A DNA stretch of 63,426 bases. Origin: Eubacteriales Family XIII. Incertae Sedis bacterium (GTDB lineage Bacteria; Bacillota; Clostridia; Peptostreptococcales; Anaerovoracaceae). This document shows positions 39,327 through 49,271 of the stretch, in pieces. Under the pieces are notes generated by a model. The model saw nothing but the letters and a program-made list of their open reading frames with translations, was not told the origin of the DNA and searched no databases. A program made the position numbers and the translations under genes. Location of the stretch: positions 1-63,426 of the forward strand of contig JAISKP010000140.1 of NCBI GenBank assembly GCA_031260885.1. The letters are read 5' to 3'. Position 1 is the stretch's first letter, and each line of letters opens with the position of its first letter.

Positions 39327-40643
39327 ATGGGGATTATCGTAACGAAATTCGGCGGCACATCTGTCGCCGATGCAATTCAGGCAAAAAAGACGCAGGAGAT
39401 CATCGAGGCGGACGCTGACCGAAAATTCATCGTCGTGTCGGCACCCGGGAAACGTTTTGATGCGGACAACAAGATCACGGATCTGCTGCTTCTGCTCTTT
39501 ACACATCTGGAACAAAATGCGCCGTACGAACAGATCTTTCAGGTTGTCAAAGACAGGTTCATCGATATAGAACGCGCACTCGGAATTGACGCCGGCATCA
39601 CAGCCGCGTTTGACGTTATCGAAAAAAAATTAAAAGAAGGTGCAACGAAGGATTATCTTGCGAGCCGGGGAGAGTACCTCAGCGGTCGGATCTTCGCCGC
39701 CCTGCTCGGCATCGATTTCATTGATGCGGCGGGGATCGTCCTGTTTAATGAGAAGGGACGTTTTCTCTCAGAAGAAACAAATGCAGCGCTTGCTGCCGAA
39801 CTTGAAAAGCATGAGCGCGGTGTGATTCCCGGCTTCTATGGTTCGCTTCCGAACGGAGAGATCAAAACGTTTTCACGGGGCGGCTCGGATATCACGGGTG
39901 CGATCGTGGCGCGGGCGATCTCTGCCGACGTCTACGAAAATTGGACAGACGTATCGGGTTTTCTCGTGGCGGATCCGAGGATCGTCAAAAACCCGAAGGC
40001 GATCGATCAGATTTCATATAAGGAGCTTCGGGAGTTGTCCTACATGGGCGCCTCCGTCTTGCACGAGAACGCGATCTACCCTGCACGCCTTGCGGGGATT
40101 CCGATCAACATCCGCAACACAAACGCGCCCACCGAGCGCGGCACGTTCATCGTTGCAGGGGAAAAAGAGACGGAAGGAAGGATCATCACCGGCATCGCGG
40201 GCAGCAAGGATTTCACGGTTATCGCGATCTATAAGAACATGATGAGTTCGGAAACGGGTTTCATTCGAAGGGTTCTCAGCATCATGGAGGATTACGGTAT
40301 CCCGATTGAGCACATTCCGAGCGGCGTTGATACGGTATCCATCGTAATCGCAGATAAATATCTGGATGATAAGCTCGGAGACATCATCGAGGATATCGAA
40401 CGAAAGACGCAGGCGGATACGGTGGAAGTCTTCGAAAAAATGGCGCTGATTGCGACTGTCGGAAGCCGCATGGCGGCAAGAAAGGGCGTTTCAGCAAAGC
40501 TCTTCACCGCACTTTACGAAGCCGACGTAAACGTACGCATGATCGACCAGGGCAGCAGCGAAATGAATATCATCATCGGTGTCGAAAACAACGATTTCGA
40601 AACGGCGATTCGAGCGATCTACGACGCGTTCGCAAATGAGTGA
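39327..40643 (+). CDS. Aspartate kinase (monofunctional, with C-terminal ACT domains)
   Basis: IVTKFGGTSVAD and VVSAPGK...TD motifs lie in the amino-acid kinase domain (GGSDITGAIVA). C-terminal ACT-like repeats follow. Confidence 0.85.
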   Translation: MGIIVTKFGGTSVADAIQAKKTQEIIEADADRKFIVVSAPGKRFDADNKITDLLLLLFTHLEQNAPYEQIFQVVKDRFIDIERALGIDAGITAAFDVIEKKLKEGATKDYLASRGEYLSGRIFAALLGIDFIDAAGIVLFNEKGRFLSEETNAALAAELEKHERGVIPGFYGSLPNGEIKTFSRGGSDITGAIVARAISADVYENWTDVSGFLVADPRIVKNPKAIDQISYKELRELSYMGASVLHENAIYPARLAGIPINIRNTNAPTERGTFIVAGEKETEGRIITGIAGSKDFTVIAIYKNMMSSETGFIRRVLSIMEDYGIPIEHIPSGVDTVSIVIADKYLDDKLGDIIEDIERKTQADTVEVFEKMALIATVGSRMAARKGVSAKLFTALYEADVNVRMIDQGSSEMNIIIGVENNDFETAIRAIYDAFANE

Positions 40644-40672
40644 AGCGTTGACAGGCAGAGAAGAGGAGTGAT

Positions 40673-43435
40673 ATGGGACTTTTTGATAAGATCCTTCCCG
40701 ATTTAAACAAACGGGAGGTCAGCAAAATTGAAAAAATCGCAGACCAAGTTATGGTGCTTGAATCCGAGACCGAAACGCTCAGCGATGAACAGCTGAAGGA
40801 CAAGACTTCGGAATTTAAAAAACGCGTTGAAGACGGTGAAGAACTCGATGACATTTTGCCCGAAGCTTTTGCGGTATGCCGGGAAGCCGCATGGCGGAGT
40901 CTTGGCATGAAGCACTTCCGCGTGCAGGTCATCGGGGGTATCGCACTGCATCAGGGTCGCATCGCCGAAATGAAAACCGGTGAAGGAAAAACCCTCGTCG
41001 CGACCCTCGCCGCATATCTCAACGCTTTGTCTGCCAAAGGTGTTCATGTCATTACGGTCAACGATTACCTCGCAAAGCGCGATATGGAGTGGATGGGAAA
41101 ACTCTACACCTTCCTCGGACTTTCGGTCGGCTGCGTCATTCACGGCATCACAAACGAAGAGCGCAAAGCCGCGTATCAGGCGGACATCACCTACGGCACA
41201 AACAATGAATTTGGCTTTGACTATCTGCGCGACAACATGGTGATTTATGAAGAAAATCTCATGCAGCGCGAACTGAATTTTGCGATTGTCGACGAAGTGG
41301 ACAGCATTCTCATCGACGAAGCGCGGACACCGCTGATCATCTCCGGTGCCGGAGATAAATCTACAGACATGTACAAGACGGCAGACAAGTATGTCGCCTC
41401 TTTGAAAATTGAAGCCGACTTCACGATGGACGAGAAGGATAAGACCATCGCGCTTACAGAGGAAGGCGTCGAAAAAACAGAAAAATATTTCAAGGTGGAC
41501 AATTTTTCGGATCCCGAGAATATGGAACTCAACCATCATATCAACCAGGCGCTGAAGGCGCGCAATCTCATGAAACGCGATGTCGATTACGTCGTGAAGG
41601 ACGGAGAGATCATCATCGTTGATGAGTTCACCGGACGGCTCATGTTCGGACGGCGGTACAGCGAGGGACTCCATCAGGCAATCGAAGCGAAGGAAGGTCT
41701 GACGGTAAAGCAGGAGTCCAAGACGCTTGCAACGATCACGATCCAGAACTATTTTCGCATGTATCAGAAGCTCGCGGGCATGACCGGTACGGCAAAGACC
41801 GAGGAAGATGAATTCCGCGATATTTACAATATGGATGTCGTCGTCATTCCGACGAACAGACCGATTGTCAGAGAGGATCTCCAAGACTCGATCTATTCGA
41901 CGGAGAAGGGAAAGTTTACGGCGATCGTGGAGAGCATCGTGGAAGCCCATGAGACAGGGCAGCCCGTACTCGTCGGTACAATCTCCATCGAAAAATCGGA
42001 AACCATCGCCATGCTGTTGAAGAAACGCGGCGTCAAGCACAACGTGCTGAATGCCAAACAGCATGAGAAGGAAGCGGAGATCGTCGCGGAAGCCGGACGC
42101 CTCGGCATGGTCACGATCGCAACGAATATGGCCGGTCGCGGCACCGACATTATCCTCGGCGGAAATCCGGACTTTGAAGCGAAAAAAGAAATGCGCAAGG
42201 CAGGCTACGACGAACTTGCAATTTCATATGCATCCAGCTTCGTCCCCCTCGATACCGATGAACTGCGGACGGCTCGTGAAAAATATAACGAACTTCTTAA
42301 GAAATATAAGGAGGAGCGCGCGGACGAACAACGTCAGGTCGTTGAACTGGGCGGGCTTCGCATCATCGGTTCCGAACGTCACGAATCAAGACGTATCGAC
42401 AATCAGCTCAGAGGTCGTGCGGGTCGGCAGGGCGATCCCGGCAGCACGCAGTTTTTCATCTCGATGGAAGATGAATTGCTCAGGCTGTTCGGCGGCGAAC
42501 GCATGCAGACGATCGTCGAAAGGCTCGGTGTTGAGGAAGGTCAACCGATTGAAGCAGGGCTTCTGACAAAGTCGATTGAAAATGCGCAAAAGAAGGTTGA
42601 AGGTCGAAACTTCTCGGTTCGAAAATATGTTCTGCAGTACGATAACGTCATGAATAAACAACGGGAGGTCATCTACGGGGATCGCCGCAAAGTGCTTTCC
42701 GGCGACGATATGCACGAACGAATTCTCGGCATGTGCGAAGGTCTGGTCGACGAGGCGGTCGAGAATGCGGTCATGGGATCGAAGTTTGCAGAGGAATGGG
42801 ATTTCAACAGTCTCGACACCGCACTTCGTCAGATCAGTCGTTCATACAGAAGCAAAAAATATGATGACAGCGATTTTGCGGCACTTACGCCGGACATCTT
42901 GAAAGAGGAAATCTATGACGATTTCGCAAAACTGTATGCACAGAAAGAAGAAGAAATCGGAGCGGTCGTCCTGCGCGATCTGGAACGCATGGTTCTACTG
43001 CGGGTCATCGATAGCAAGTGGATGGATCATATCGATGCGATGGATCAACTGCGCCATGGGATCGGACTTCGCGCGATCGGTCAACAGGATCCGGCAGCAG
43101 CGTATGCACAGGAAGGTTTCGACATGTTCGAACTGATGACCGAGTCGATCCAAGAGGATACGGTCAAGTTCTGCTATAATGTCACGGTTGAAACAAAGAC
43201 GGAACGCAAGCAGGTCATCAACGTTTCCGGCGGAAAAGAGATCAAAGAAGAAGGTGCCGGTTCGTATGCAAATACGACGGGCGGCGGCGGGGAACTGCCG
43301 CAGCAGACCAAGGTGCCGGAGCGTGAGAAGACACAGCAGACCGTGCGCCGTACCGACGAAAAAGTGGGACGCAATGATCCGTGCCCGTGCGGAAGCGGGA
43401 AGAAATACAAGAACTGCCATGGAAAGAACGAATAA
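40673..43435 (+). CDS. secA: Preprotein translocase ATPase SecA
   Basis: DEAD-like motor motifs are present ([46 protein letters not shown]). The C-terminal zinc finger is [14 protein letters not shown]. Confidence 0.97.
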   Translation: MGLFDKILPDLNKREVSKIEKIADQVMVLESETETLSDEQLKDKTSEFKKRVEDGEELDDILPEAFAVCREAAWRSLGMKHFRVQVIGGIALHQGRIAEMKTGEGKTLVATLAAYLNALSAKGVHVITVNDYLAKRDMEWMGKLYTFLGLSVGCVIHGITNEERKAAYQADITYGTNNEFGFDYLRDNMVIYEENLMQRELNFAIVDEVDSILIDEARTPLIISGAGDKSTDMYKTADKYVASLKIEADFTMDEKDKTIALTEEGVEKTEKYFKVDNFSDPENMELNHHINQALKARNLMKRDVDYVVKDGEIIIVDEFTGRLMFGRRYSEGLHQAIEAKEGLTVKQESKTLATITIQNYFRMYQKLAGMTGTAKTEEDEFRDIYNMDVVVIPTNRPIVREDLQDSIYSTEKGKFTAIVESIVEAHETGQPVLVGTISIEKSETIAMLLKKRGVKHNVLNAKQHEKEAEIVAEAGRLGMVTIATNMAGRGTDIILGGNPDFEAKKEMRKAGYDELAISYASSFVPLDTDELRTAREKYNELLKKYKEERADEQRQVVELGGLRIIGSERHESRRIDNQLRGRAGRQGDPGSTQFFISMEDELLRLFGGERMQTIVERLGVEEGQPIEAGLLTKSIENAQKKVEGRNFSVRKYVLQYDNVMNKQREVIYGDRRKVLSGDDMHERILGMCEGLVDEAVENAVMGSKFAEEWDFNSLDTALRQISRSYRSKKYDDSDFAALTPDILKEEIYDDFAKLYAQKEEEIGAVVLRDLERMVLLRVIDSKWMDHIDAMDQLRHGIGLRAIGQQDPAAAYAQEGFDMFELMTESIQEDTVKFCYNVTVETKTERKQVINVSGGKEIKEEGAGSYANTTGGGGELPQQTKVPEREKTQQTVRRTDEKVGRNDPCPCGSGKKYKNCHGKNE

Positions 43436-44532
43436 TGATAGAACTTGATCAGATAAAGTATGAACTGAACGACGCACGTACGGCGCTTAAAGCGTTCGAG
43501 GAGTCCCTCGGGCTTGAGGTGCTCAGGGCGCAGTTTGATGAGATGAAGCAAAAGAGCGAACAGGCGAATTTTTGGGAGGATCACGAATCCGCGCAGAAAC
43601 TTCTGAAGGAAAAGAAGATCGTCGAGGAACGCATCAGCGGTTACGAAGGTCTTGCTCAGGAATTCGAGGATGTCGAAATCATGATTTCGCTGGCCGAGGA
43701 AGAGGACGACGAATCGCTCGTTTCGGAAATTAAGTCCGGTTATGACCAATGGAAAAAGAATCTGGAAGCACTTCGGATCAAAACCCTGCTCGACGGCGAG
43801 TATGATGCAAACAGCGCATATCTTGAGATCAACGCCGGTGCGGGCGGTACCGATGCGCAGGATTGGGCAGAAATGCTTCTGCGCATGTATTTGCGATGGG
43901 CGGAGCGCCACAGGTATAAGACCAAGATCCTCGATCTGCAGGATGATACGGTCGCGGGAATCAAGAGTGCTCGCGTGTTTGTAAGCGGCGAAAACGCCTA
44001 CGGGTATTTGAAAAACGAACAGGGAGTGCATCGCATTGTGCGCATCTCCCCATTCGATTCATCCGCGCGGCGGCACACCTCGTTTGCGTCCGTCGCGGTA
44101 ACGCCCGAGATCGACGATGACATCAACATCGAGATCAATCCCGAAGACATTCGCATCGATACCTATCGTTCCAGCGGTGCGGGCGGGCAGCATGTAAACA
44201 AGACCGATTCTGCCATCCGCATCACACACCTGCCGACGAACATCGTCGTCACCTGTCAGAATGAGCGTTCGCAGCACCAGAATAAAGAGGTCGCAATGCG
44301 CGTTTTGAAATCACGGCTCTACGAGCTCGCGAAACGGGAGCAGAAGGAAAATCTGGACGAGTTGAAGGGCGACTACGGACAGATCGCTTGGGGCAGCCAG
44401 ATCCGCTCTTATGTCTTCCATCCGTACTCGCTCGTGAAGGATCACCGTACCGACGCTGAAAACGGAAATGTGCAGGCGGTGATGGACGGAGAGCTGGATC
44501 TTTTTATCAACGAAATGCTGAAACGCAAGTAA
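43435..44532 (+). CDS. prfB: Peptide chain release factor 2, encoded in a single frame (no programmed +1 frameshift)
   Basis: The SPF tripeptide (RISPFDS) and GGQ (SGAGGQHVN) are present. The ATG overlaps the secA stop (TAATG). The track ORF start at 43381 lies inside secA. Confidence 0.93.
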   Translation: MIELDQIKYELNDARTALKAFEESLGLEVLRAQFDEMKQKSEQANFWEDHESAQKLLKEKKIVEERISGYEGLAQEFEDVEIMISLAEEEDDESLVSEIKSGYDQWKKNLEALRIKTLLDGEYDANSAYLEINAGAGGTDAQDWAEMLLRMYLRWAERHRYKTKILDLQDDTVAGIKSARVFVSGENAYGYLKNEQGVHRIVRISPFDSSARRHTSFASVAVTPEIDDDINIEINPEDIRIDTYRSSGAGGQHVNKTDSAIRITHLPTNIVVTCQNERSQHQNKEVAMRVLKSRLYELAKREQKENLDELKGDYGQIAWGSQIRSYVFHPYSLVKDHRTDAENGNVQAVMDGELDLFINEMLKRK

Positions 44533-44568
44533 AACGCTTAATTTGTCGGCGCACATATAAGGATTCAA

Positions 44569-45258
44569 ATGAAGAAAATCGACACTGTACTATTTGACTT
44601 TGACGGAACGATCATGGACACGAACGAACTGATTCTGCGTTCTTGGCAGCACGCGTTTGTGATGTTTACGGGGAAAGAGGGAGACGAGGAAGAGATTCTT
44701 CGGTCTTATGGCGAACCGATCTTCGGTACAGTCGATCGTTTTTTTCCGGATGGTCCCTCCGCAGGGGTGGTCGCTGCGTATCGCGAATATCAGGAAAGAT
44801 ATTACGAAGAGACGATCACGCTGTTTCCCGGAATTTTGGATCTTTTCAAAACGCTTAAAACACAGGGGTATGCGATCGGCATTGTGACTTCCCGCCTCTA
44901 TCATTCAGCAAAGATCGGCCTGGAAAAGTTCGGGCTATTTGATTATGTCACGGCATTCGTCACCATTCGGGACACCGAGAAACCGAAGCCCGATCCCGAA
45001 CCGATTTTGCTTGCGCTCAGTCAGCTTGAGAAGAAACCGGAGCAGGCGATCATGGTCGGAGATACGAAGCACGACATTCAGTGTGCAAGAAATGCCTACG
45101 TTGTTCCGGTTCTCGTAGACTGGTCGCTCGCCGTACCGCCGGAAGCGCGCAGCGGAGAAGACGCACCGGACTATATCATAGAAAAAGCCGAAGACCTGCT
45201 CGGCATATTAGAGGAATTGAATGCATATCCAATTGTCCCGAAACCACAAGGGGAATAG
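44569..45258 (+). CDS. HAD-IA family hydrolase (PpaX/phosphoglycolate-phosphatase-like)
   Basis: HAD motifs are present: I (LFDFDGTIMDT), II (IVTSR) and III/IV (K...MVGDTKHDI). Confidence 0.8.
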   Translation: MKKIDTVLFDFDGTIMDTNELILRSWQHAFVMFTGKEGDEEEILRSYGEPIFGTVDRFFPDGPSAGVVAAYREYQERYYEETITLFPGILDLFKTLKTQGYAIGIVTSRLYHSAKIGLEKFGLFDYVTAFVTIRDTEKPKPDPEPILLALSQLEKKPEQAIMVGDTKHDIQCARNAYVVPVLVDWSLAVPPEARSGEDAPDYIIEKAEDLLGILEELNAYPIVPKPQGE

Positions 45259-45261
45259 AAC

Positions 45262-45951
45262 ATGAACACTATCAGAATTTTAGAAATTAAAAAGAGCGTA
45301 TATGAGAACAACGACCTTGAGGCGGACAAACTCCGCGCAGACCTGAAGCAGCGGAAGACGTTTCTCATCAATCTCATGTCGTCTCCGGGAAGCGGAAAGA
45401 CGTCGTCCGTCTTGCGCATCGCCGAAAAACTGAAAGATGCATATAAAATCGGCGTTATGGAAGCGGACATCGATTCTGCGGTCGACGCGCAGACCGTCGC
45501 CGATGCCGGCATCCCTGTGATTCAGATCCATACGGGCGGTATGTGCCACCTTGACGCCGAGATGACGCGTCAGGGCGCGGACAGTCCCGAGATGCAGGGA
45601 CTCGACTTCGTGATTTTAGAAAATGTCGGCAACCTCGTCTGTCCCGCTGAATTCGATACAGGTGCCTCAAAGAACATGATGATCCTGAGCGTGCCCGAGG
45701 GCGACGACAAGCCGCTGAAATACCCGCTCATGTTTTCGAAGGTCGATCTGCTGCTCATCAACAAGATTGACACCATCAGCCTTTTTGACTTTGATTTTGA
45801 CGCTGTGGAAGCGCGCGTCCGAAAACGCAATCCCGGTATCAAAATTATGAAGGTTTCCGCTAAGACCGGCGAGGGCTTTGACGAAGTCGCAGCGTGGTTC
45901 AGGACGGAGATCGATGCGTGGAATACGACGGTCTGCGCCTCGCCGTCATGA
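45262..45951 (+). CDS. hypB: Hydrogenase nickel-incorporation GTPase HypB
   Basis: This is a G3E GTPase with SSPGSGKTS, ENVGNLVCPAEFD, SVPEGDDKPLKYP and LINKID. It has no N-terminal CxxCGC or His-rich tract. The last 53 nt overlap the convergent sortase gene. Confidence 0.85.
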   Translation: MNTIRILEIKKSVYENNDLEADKLRADLKQRKTFLINLMSSPGSGKTSSVLRIAEKLKDAYKIGVMEADIDSAVDAQTVADAGIPVIQIHTGGMCHLDAEMTRQGADSPEMQGLDFVILENVGNLVCPAEFDTGASKNMMILSVPEGDDKPLKYPLMFSKVDLLLINKIDTISLFDFDFDAVEARVRKRNPGIKIMKVSAKTGEGFDEVAAWFRTEIDAWNTTVCASPS

Positions 45952-46750
45952 TGATGATGGATCCCATCACGACGAACGCGATCGACGCGCCGAGGATCAA
46001 TTGAATCTCGGAGGTTGAAAGTCCGGTACGTGCGGTCACCTGCTGTTCCCGCTCCGGCACATATGGAATCCGCGTGCCGCGGACGAGCAAGCGATGGCTG
46101 TTGATGCCGAGCGGCGTACAGGTAGCGAGCGTCACGTAGTCCTCGTCCGGCACCGGTCTCAGCATATCCGTATCTTCCGGTGCCACGGTTCTTATGTCAT
46201 CGACCCGGTATGCGGATATCTGCCCCAGGACATCCAGATAGAATTCGTCGCCGATCTCAAGAACGTCCAGACGCGTGAAAAGTTCCTGGCTGGGGAGCCC
46301 CCGGTGACCTGCCAAAACACAGTGCGTGCTTCTGCCGCCGACAGGGAATGCCGTCGTCGGCATATGACCGATGCCATGTTCGAGAACCTGATCCGAAACG
46401 CCGTGATAGACGGGGATCTTCAGATCGATTTTGGGAATCTTCAGCACAGCCATCACACCCGAACCGTTCGGATCGAGCAGCGCATCATAGTCGCTCGGAA
46501 GTGCCGAACCGGAACCGAGGACGAACGGATCCTGCACGGAGAGACCGCTGAGACTCTGGTTATACGCGTCTGCGCGCGCGCGTTCCATGCTGACGCGTGT
46601 CTGATCCAGCGCATTTGCCGTCTCTTGATAGTTTTCGATCACTTTCTGGCTACCCAGCCCCGCGTACCAATTTGAAAACCACGGGTAGGATAGCAGCGCA
46701 GCGCCGGTCAGCACGAGCACGAGCACAATCAGCTTACGAATCATGCGCAT
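45899..46750 (-). CDS. srtC: Class C (pilus-assembly) sortase, copy 2
   Basis: An N-terminal TM (SYPWFSNWY), the lid motif DPF (VQDPFVLG), the catalytic His (LAGHRG) and TLATCTP are present, followed by LLVRG and a C-terminal TM. Confidence 0.9.
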   Translation of the reverse strand: MRMIRKLIVLVLVLTGAALLSYPWFSNWYAGLGSQKVIENYQETANALDQTRVSMERARADAYNQSLSGLSVQDPFVLGSGSALPSDYDALLDPNGSGVMAVLKIPKIDLKIPVYHGVSDQVLEHGIGHMPTTAFPVGGRSTHCVLAGHRGLPSQELFTRLDVLEIGDEFYLDVLGQISAYRVDDIRTVAPEDTDMLRPVPDEDYVTLATCTPLGINSHRLLVRGTRIPYVPEREQQVTARTGLSTSEIQLILGASIAFVVMGSIIIMTARRRPSYSTHRSPS

Positions 46751-47591
46751 CCTCCTTTCGACGACGTCTGCGAACGATGAGGATCAGGAAGATCACGCCG
46801 CCCATGACTGCGGCCGTGATCCCGCCGGCGATCAGTGACTGCCGCTGCCAGACGGACAGATCCGTATGTGTTGTAAGCGCTGCATCTTCCGGATCCGGAT
46901 TTGCGCTGCGAATACCGCGGACGAGCAGTCTGTGGCTGTTGATGCCGAGCGGCGTACAGGTGACAAGCGTCACGTAGTCCTTGCCGGGTACGGGTATCAG
47001 CGCATCCGTCTGATCGGGCAGTACCACGGAAACGTCGTCCACCGTATAGGTGAGCGTCCTGCCGAGGACATTGAACTGAAAGAGGTCGCCGACCTGCATC
47101 ACATCGAGTTTCGTGAAAAGTTCATAACCGGGCAGTCCGCGATGTCCCGCGAGTACGCTGTGCGTACCTTCGCCACCGACGGGAAGCGCTGTCGTGGGGA
47201 TGTGACCGATGCCGCGTTCAAGCACCTCGTCCGTCACGCCGTGATAGACCGGAAGCCGTGCGCCGATTTTGGGGATCACGAGATAGCCCATCGCCCCGTT
47301 ATGATCCACATCGAGGATGTCCTTGTAGTCGTCAAACGGAAACGCACCGATTGCCGAAAAGGGATCAACCGGTAAAACCCCATCCAGACGCCTGTTGTAT
47401 CGCGCCGCCTTGTCAAATTCTGTTCCGACCTGCGTTTCAGACATACCCTCGACAGTTCGATCGTAGCTTTCAATGAGCTTCGCATTCCCGCGCGTGGCAT
47501 ACCAGTTTGAAAACCACGGGTATGCCAACACGCAGACGCCTGCCAGAAGCAAGATGCATACGATTATAATTGGAAAGATCCGGTTTTTCAT
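46734..47591 (-). CDS. srtC: Class C (pilus-assembly) sortase, copy 1
   Basis: It has the same architecture as copy 2: AYPWFSNWY, VDPF lid, LAGHRG, TLVTCTP, LLVRG and a C-terminal TM plus RRRRRK. It overlaps copy 2 by 17 nt. Confidence 0.9.
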   Translation of the reverse strand: MKNRIFPIIIVCILLLAGVCVLAYPWFSNWYATRGNAKLIESYDRTVEGMSETQVGTEFDKAARYNRRLDGVLPVDPFSAIGAFPFDDYKDILDVDHNGAMGYLVIPKIGARLPVYHGVTDEVLERGIGHIPTTALPVGGEGTHSVLAGHRGLPGYELFTKLDVMQVGDLFQFNVLGRTLTYTVDDVSVVLPDQTDALIPVPGKDYVTLVTCTPLGINSHRLLVRGIRSANPDPEDAALTTHTDLSVWQRQSLIAGGITAAVMGGVIFLILIVRRRRRKEDAHDS

Positions 47592-47597
47592 CGTCGC

Positions 47598-49196
47598 TTA
47601 CCGGGCGTCTTTCTGCGCTTTGCCTCTGCGGCTCGTCGAGGCGATCACGATACCGGCGAGACCGATCAGCACGATGCCGCCGACCACGAAGATGAGGGTG
47701 CCCATACCGCCGGTGAGCGGGAACTCGAAGCCCGGGAAGTTTTCGATGATCTGATCGTTCGTAGCTGTAGCAAGTGTCAGCGCATCATTGTAGCTATCGC
47801 CGTCGACGGTCACAACAATCGGTGTGCCAATAAGGCGGTAACCGCTGGGCGCATCGATTTCTACGAGCCAGTAATCTTTTCCTGTGGCAGTAGCGGCTTC
47901 CTCGTCGATCAAACCGTAGGGGAGATGCTTAAACTCGAAATACCCGTCATTTCCACTGGTCGCTACAGCATCAACGCCGCCGACTTTAAAGTAACCGTTT
48001 TGTGCTAAATCGTCGTCAAAAATGGCACTGGATTTTTCGACCAACTTGAATTTTGCGCCGCCGAGAGCGGTACTCTTTTCGCCGTCTACTTTAATCAAGC
48101 TTAGTCCACCCACGAAAACCTTTGGTGAGTCGTCGCCTGTGTCCGAGGTATACTTGTCGCCATCTTTATTTGAATATTCGAGACCGGCTTCATTGACGAT
48201 GCCCGTGGCGATCACTGCCGAATCTAAAACCACGGTTGAAATCTTGACCTGAATCGTGTCGCCGGCATTAAACAAAGCCAAACGAGCCGGTGTAAAGGTG
48301 ATCGTCACATCACCGCCATCCGTATAGGGTCCCGCTGCAGGATCTACGGTATAGTCTGTCCCGAGTGCAAGTGGTGTTCCATCATTGGCACCTTTAACGG
48401 TAGGATTGAGACGCACTTCGAGAGCGCCTGTAAACTGAAGACCTGTGCTGGGAGCGTCTGTCACCGCGTAGGCCGTCTTGCCCGCCACATATGCATATCC
48501 GGATGGTATCTGCGAGGTGATGAACCAATCGACCGTATCGCCTACAGCTACCGGCAGGCTGTCTGTAAGATCGGTTCCGTCAGCGGGAGTCGTATCAGCC
48601 GGATCTGCAGCGCCTTTTTCAATTCCGATATTTGAGTTCTTAGGATAGACCTGTACGTCGAACTCAAGCGTGTCTTCGCCACTTCCGTGGATCGTCGTCG
48701 GAATGCTCACGATAAAGTCACTGACCTGTGTATAGCCGTTCAGCGGCGTCTCATGGATCAGATAAAGTCCCAAGGGGAGACTGTCCCAATATATTGCGCC
48801 GTCGCCGTGACCTGCGCCGGACAGATCTGCTGTCGTACCTGAACCGGTTACGTCTGTGCTATCTTTATAGTAGTCCACGTTGTCGCTTGTAAACAGCACA
48901 TTGCCGGTTTTGTTGGCATCTCCCTGCGGAACAACTTTGATGTAGTCAAATGTGACGCCGTTTAGCGGATTCGCTCCTGTCGGAATCTGCTGTGTCGTAC
49001 CGTTTCCGGGTATGGGCGTCGAAGTTCCCTGATCCAACTTATGAATCGTGATGGATCCCTCCGTCGTTCCGTTCGGGATGGTTGGTCCAGGATCCGCGAA
49101 ACTCGTCATCGGCGCACTCAACGTCAGGATCATAGCGAAGATCACCGCGAAGATCCCTATCCTCTTTGTCAAAGGTTTTCTCGTAATAGCTTTCAT
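47598..49196 (-). CDS. Major (backbone) pilin with an FPLTG sorting signal
   Basis: The signal peptide ends ...MTSFA. The N-terminus has GSITIHK. The pilin motif is VQVYPKN and the E-box is YWLVEIDAPSGY. The sorting signal is FPLTG (47709-47723) plus a TM plus RRGK. Confidence 0.85.
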   Translation of the reverse strand: MKAITRKPLTKRIGIFAVIFAMILTLSAPMTSFADPGPTIPNGTTEGSITIHKLDQGTSTPIPGNGTTQQIPTGANPLNGVTFDYIKVVPQGDANKTGNVLFTSDNVDYYKDSTDVTGSGTTADLSGAGHGDGAIYWDSLPLGLYLIHETPLNGYTQVSDFIVSIPTTIHGSGEDTLEFDVQVYPKNSNIGIEKGAADPADTTPADGTDLTDSLPVAVGDTVDWFITSQIPSGYAYVAGKTAYAVTDAPSTGLQFTGALEVRLNPTVKGANDGTPLALGTDYTVDPAAGPYTDGGDVTITFTPARLALFNAGDTIQVKISTVVLDSAVIATGIVNEAGLEYSNKDGDKYTSDTGDDSPKVFVGGLSLIKVDGEKSTALGGAKFKLVEKSSAIFDDDLAQNGYFKVGGVDAVATSGNDGYFEFKHLPYGLIDEEAATATGKDYWLVEIDAPSGYRLIGTPIVVTVDGDSYNDALTLATATNDQIIENFPGFEFPLTGGMGTLIFVVGGIVLIGLAGIVIASTSRRGKAQKDAR

Positions 49197-49271
49197 TTTC
49201 GTTCTCCTTTTTTCTAACGCTCACTTATTTGAAATAACTTTCATTTTCTAACGGCTTATTGCATCGATGCA

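Noticed and set aside
40703-42064. A 453-aa ORF antisense to secA. Similar long antisense ORFs occur at 34597-35520 (in gyrA), 28821-29477 (in dnaN), 43174-44031 (in secA/prfB), 305-928, 9306-9959, 17570-18199 and 24285-24854.
   Set aside because: Each lies entirely opposite a gene with unmistakable conserved motifs. Their translations are low-complexity (R/H/D/F-rich), and they lack SDs. These are typical shadow ORFs in a mid/high-GC genome.
43381-43434. The longer prfB ORF start inside secA ([18 protein letters not shown]...), and a search for the CTT TGA C frameshift site.
   Set aside because: The extension is merely the secA 3' end read in another frame. The homologous RF2 N-terminus begins at MIELDQIK (43435). 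No in-frame TGA exists, so there is no frameshift to annotate.
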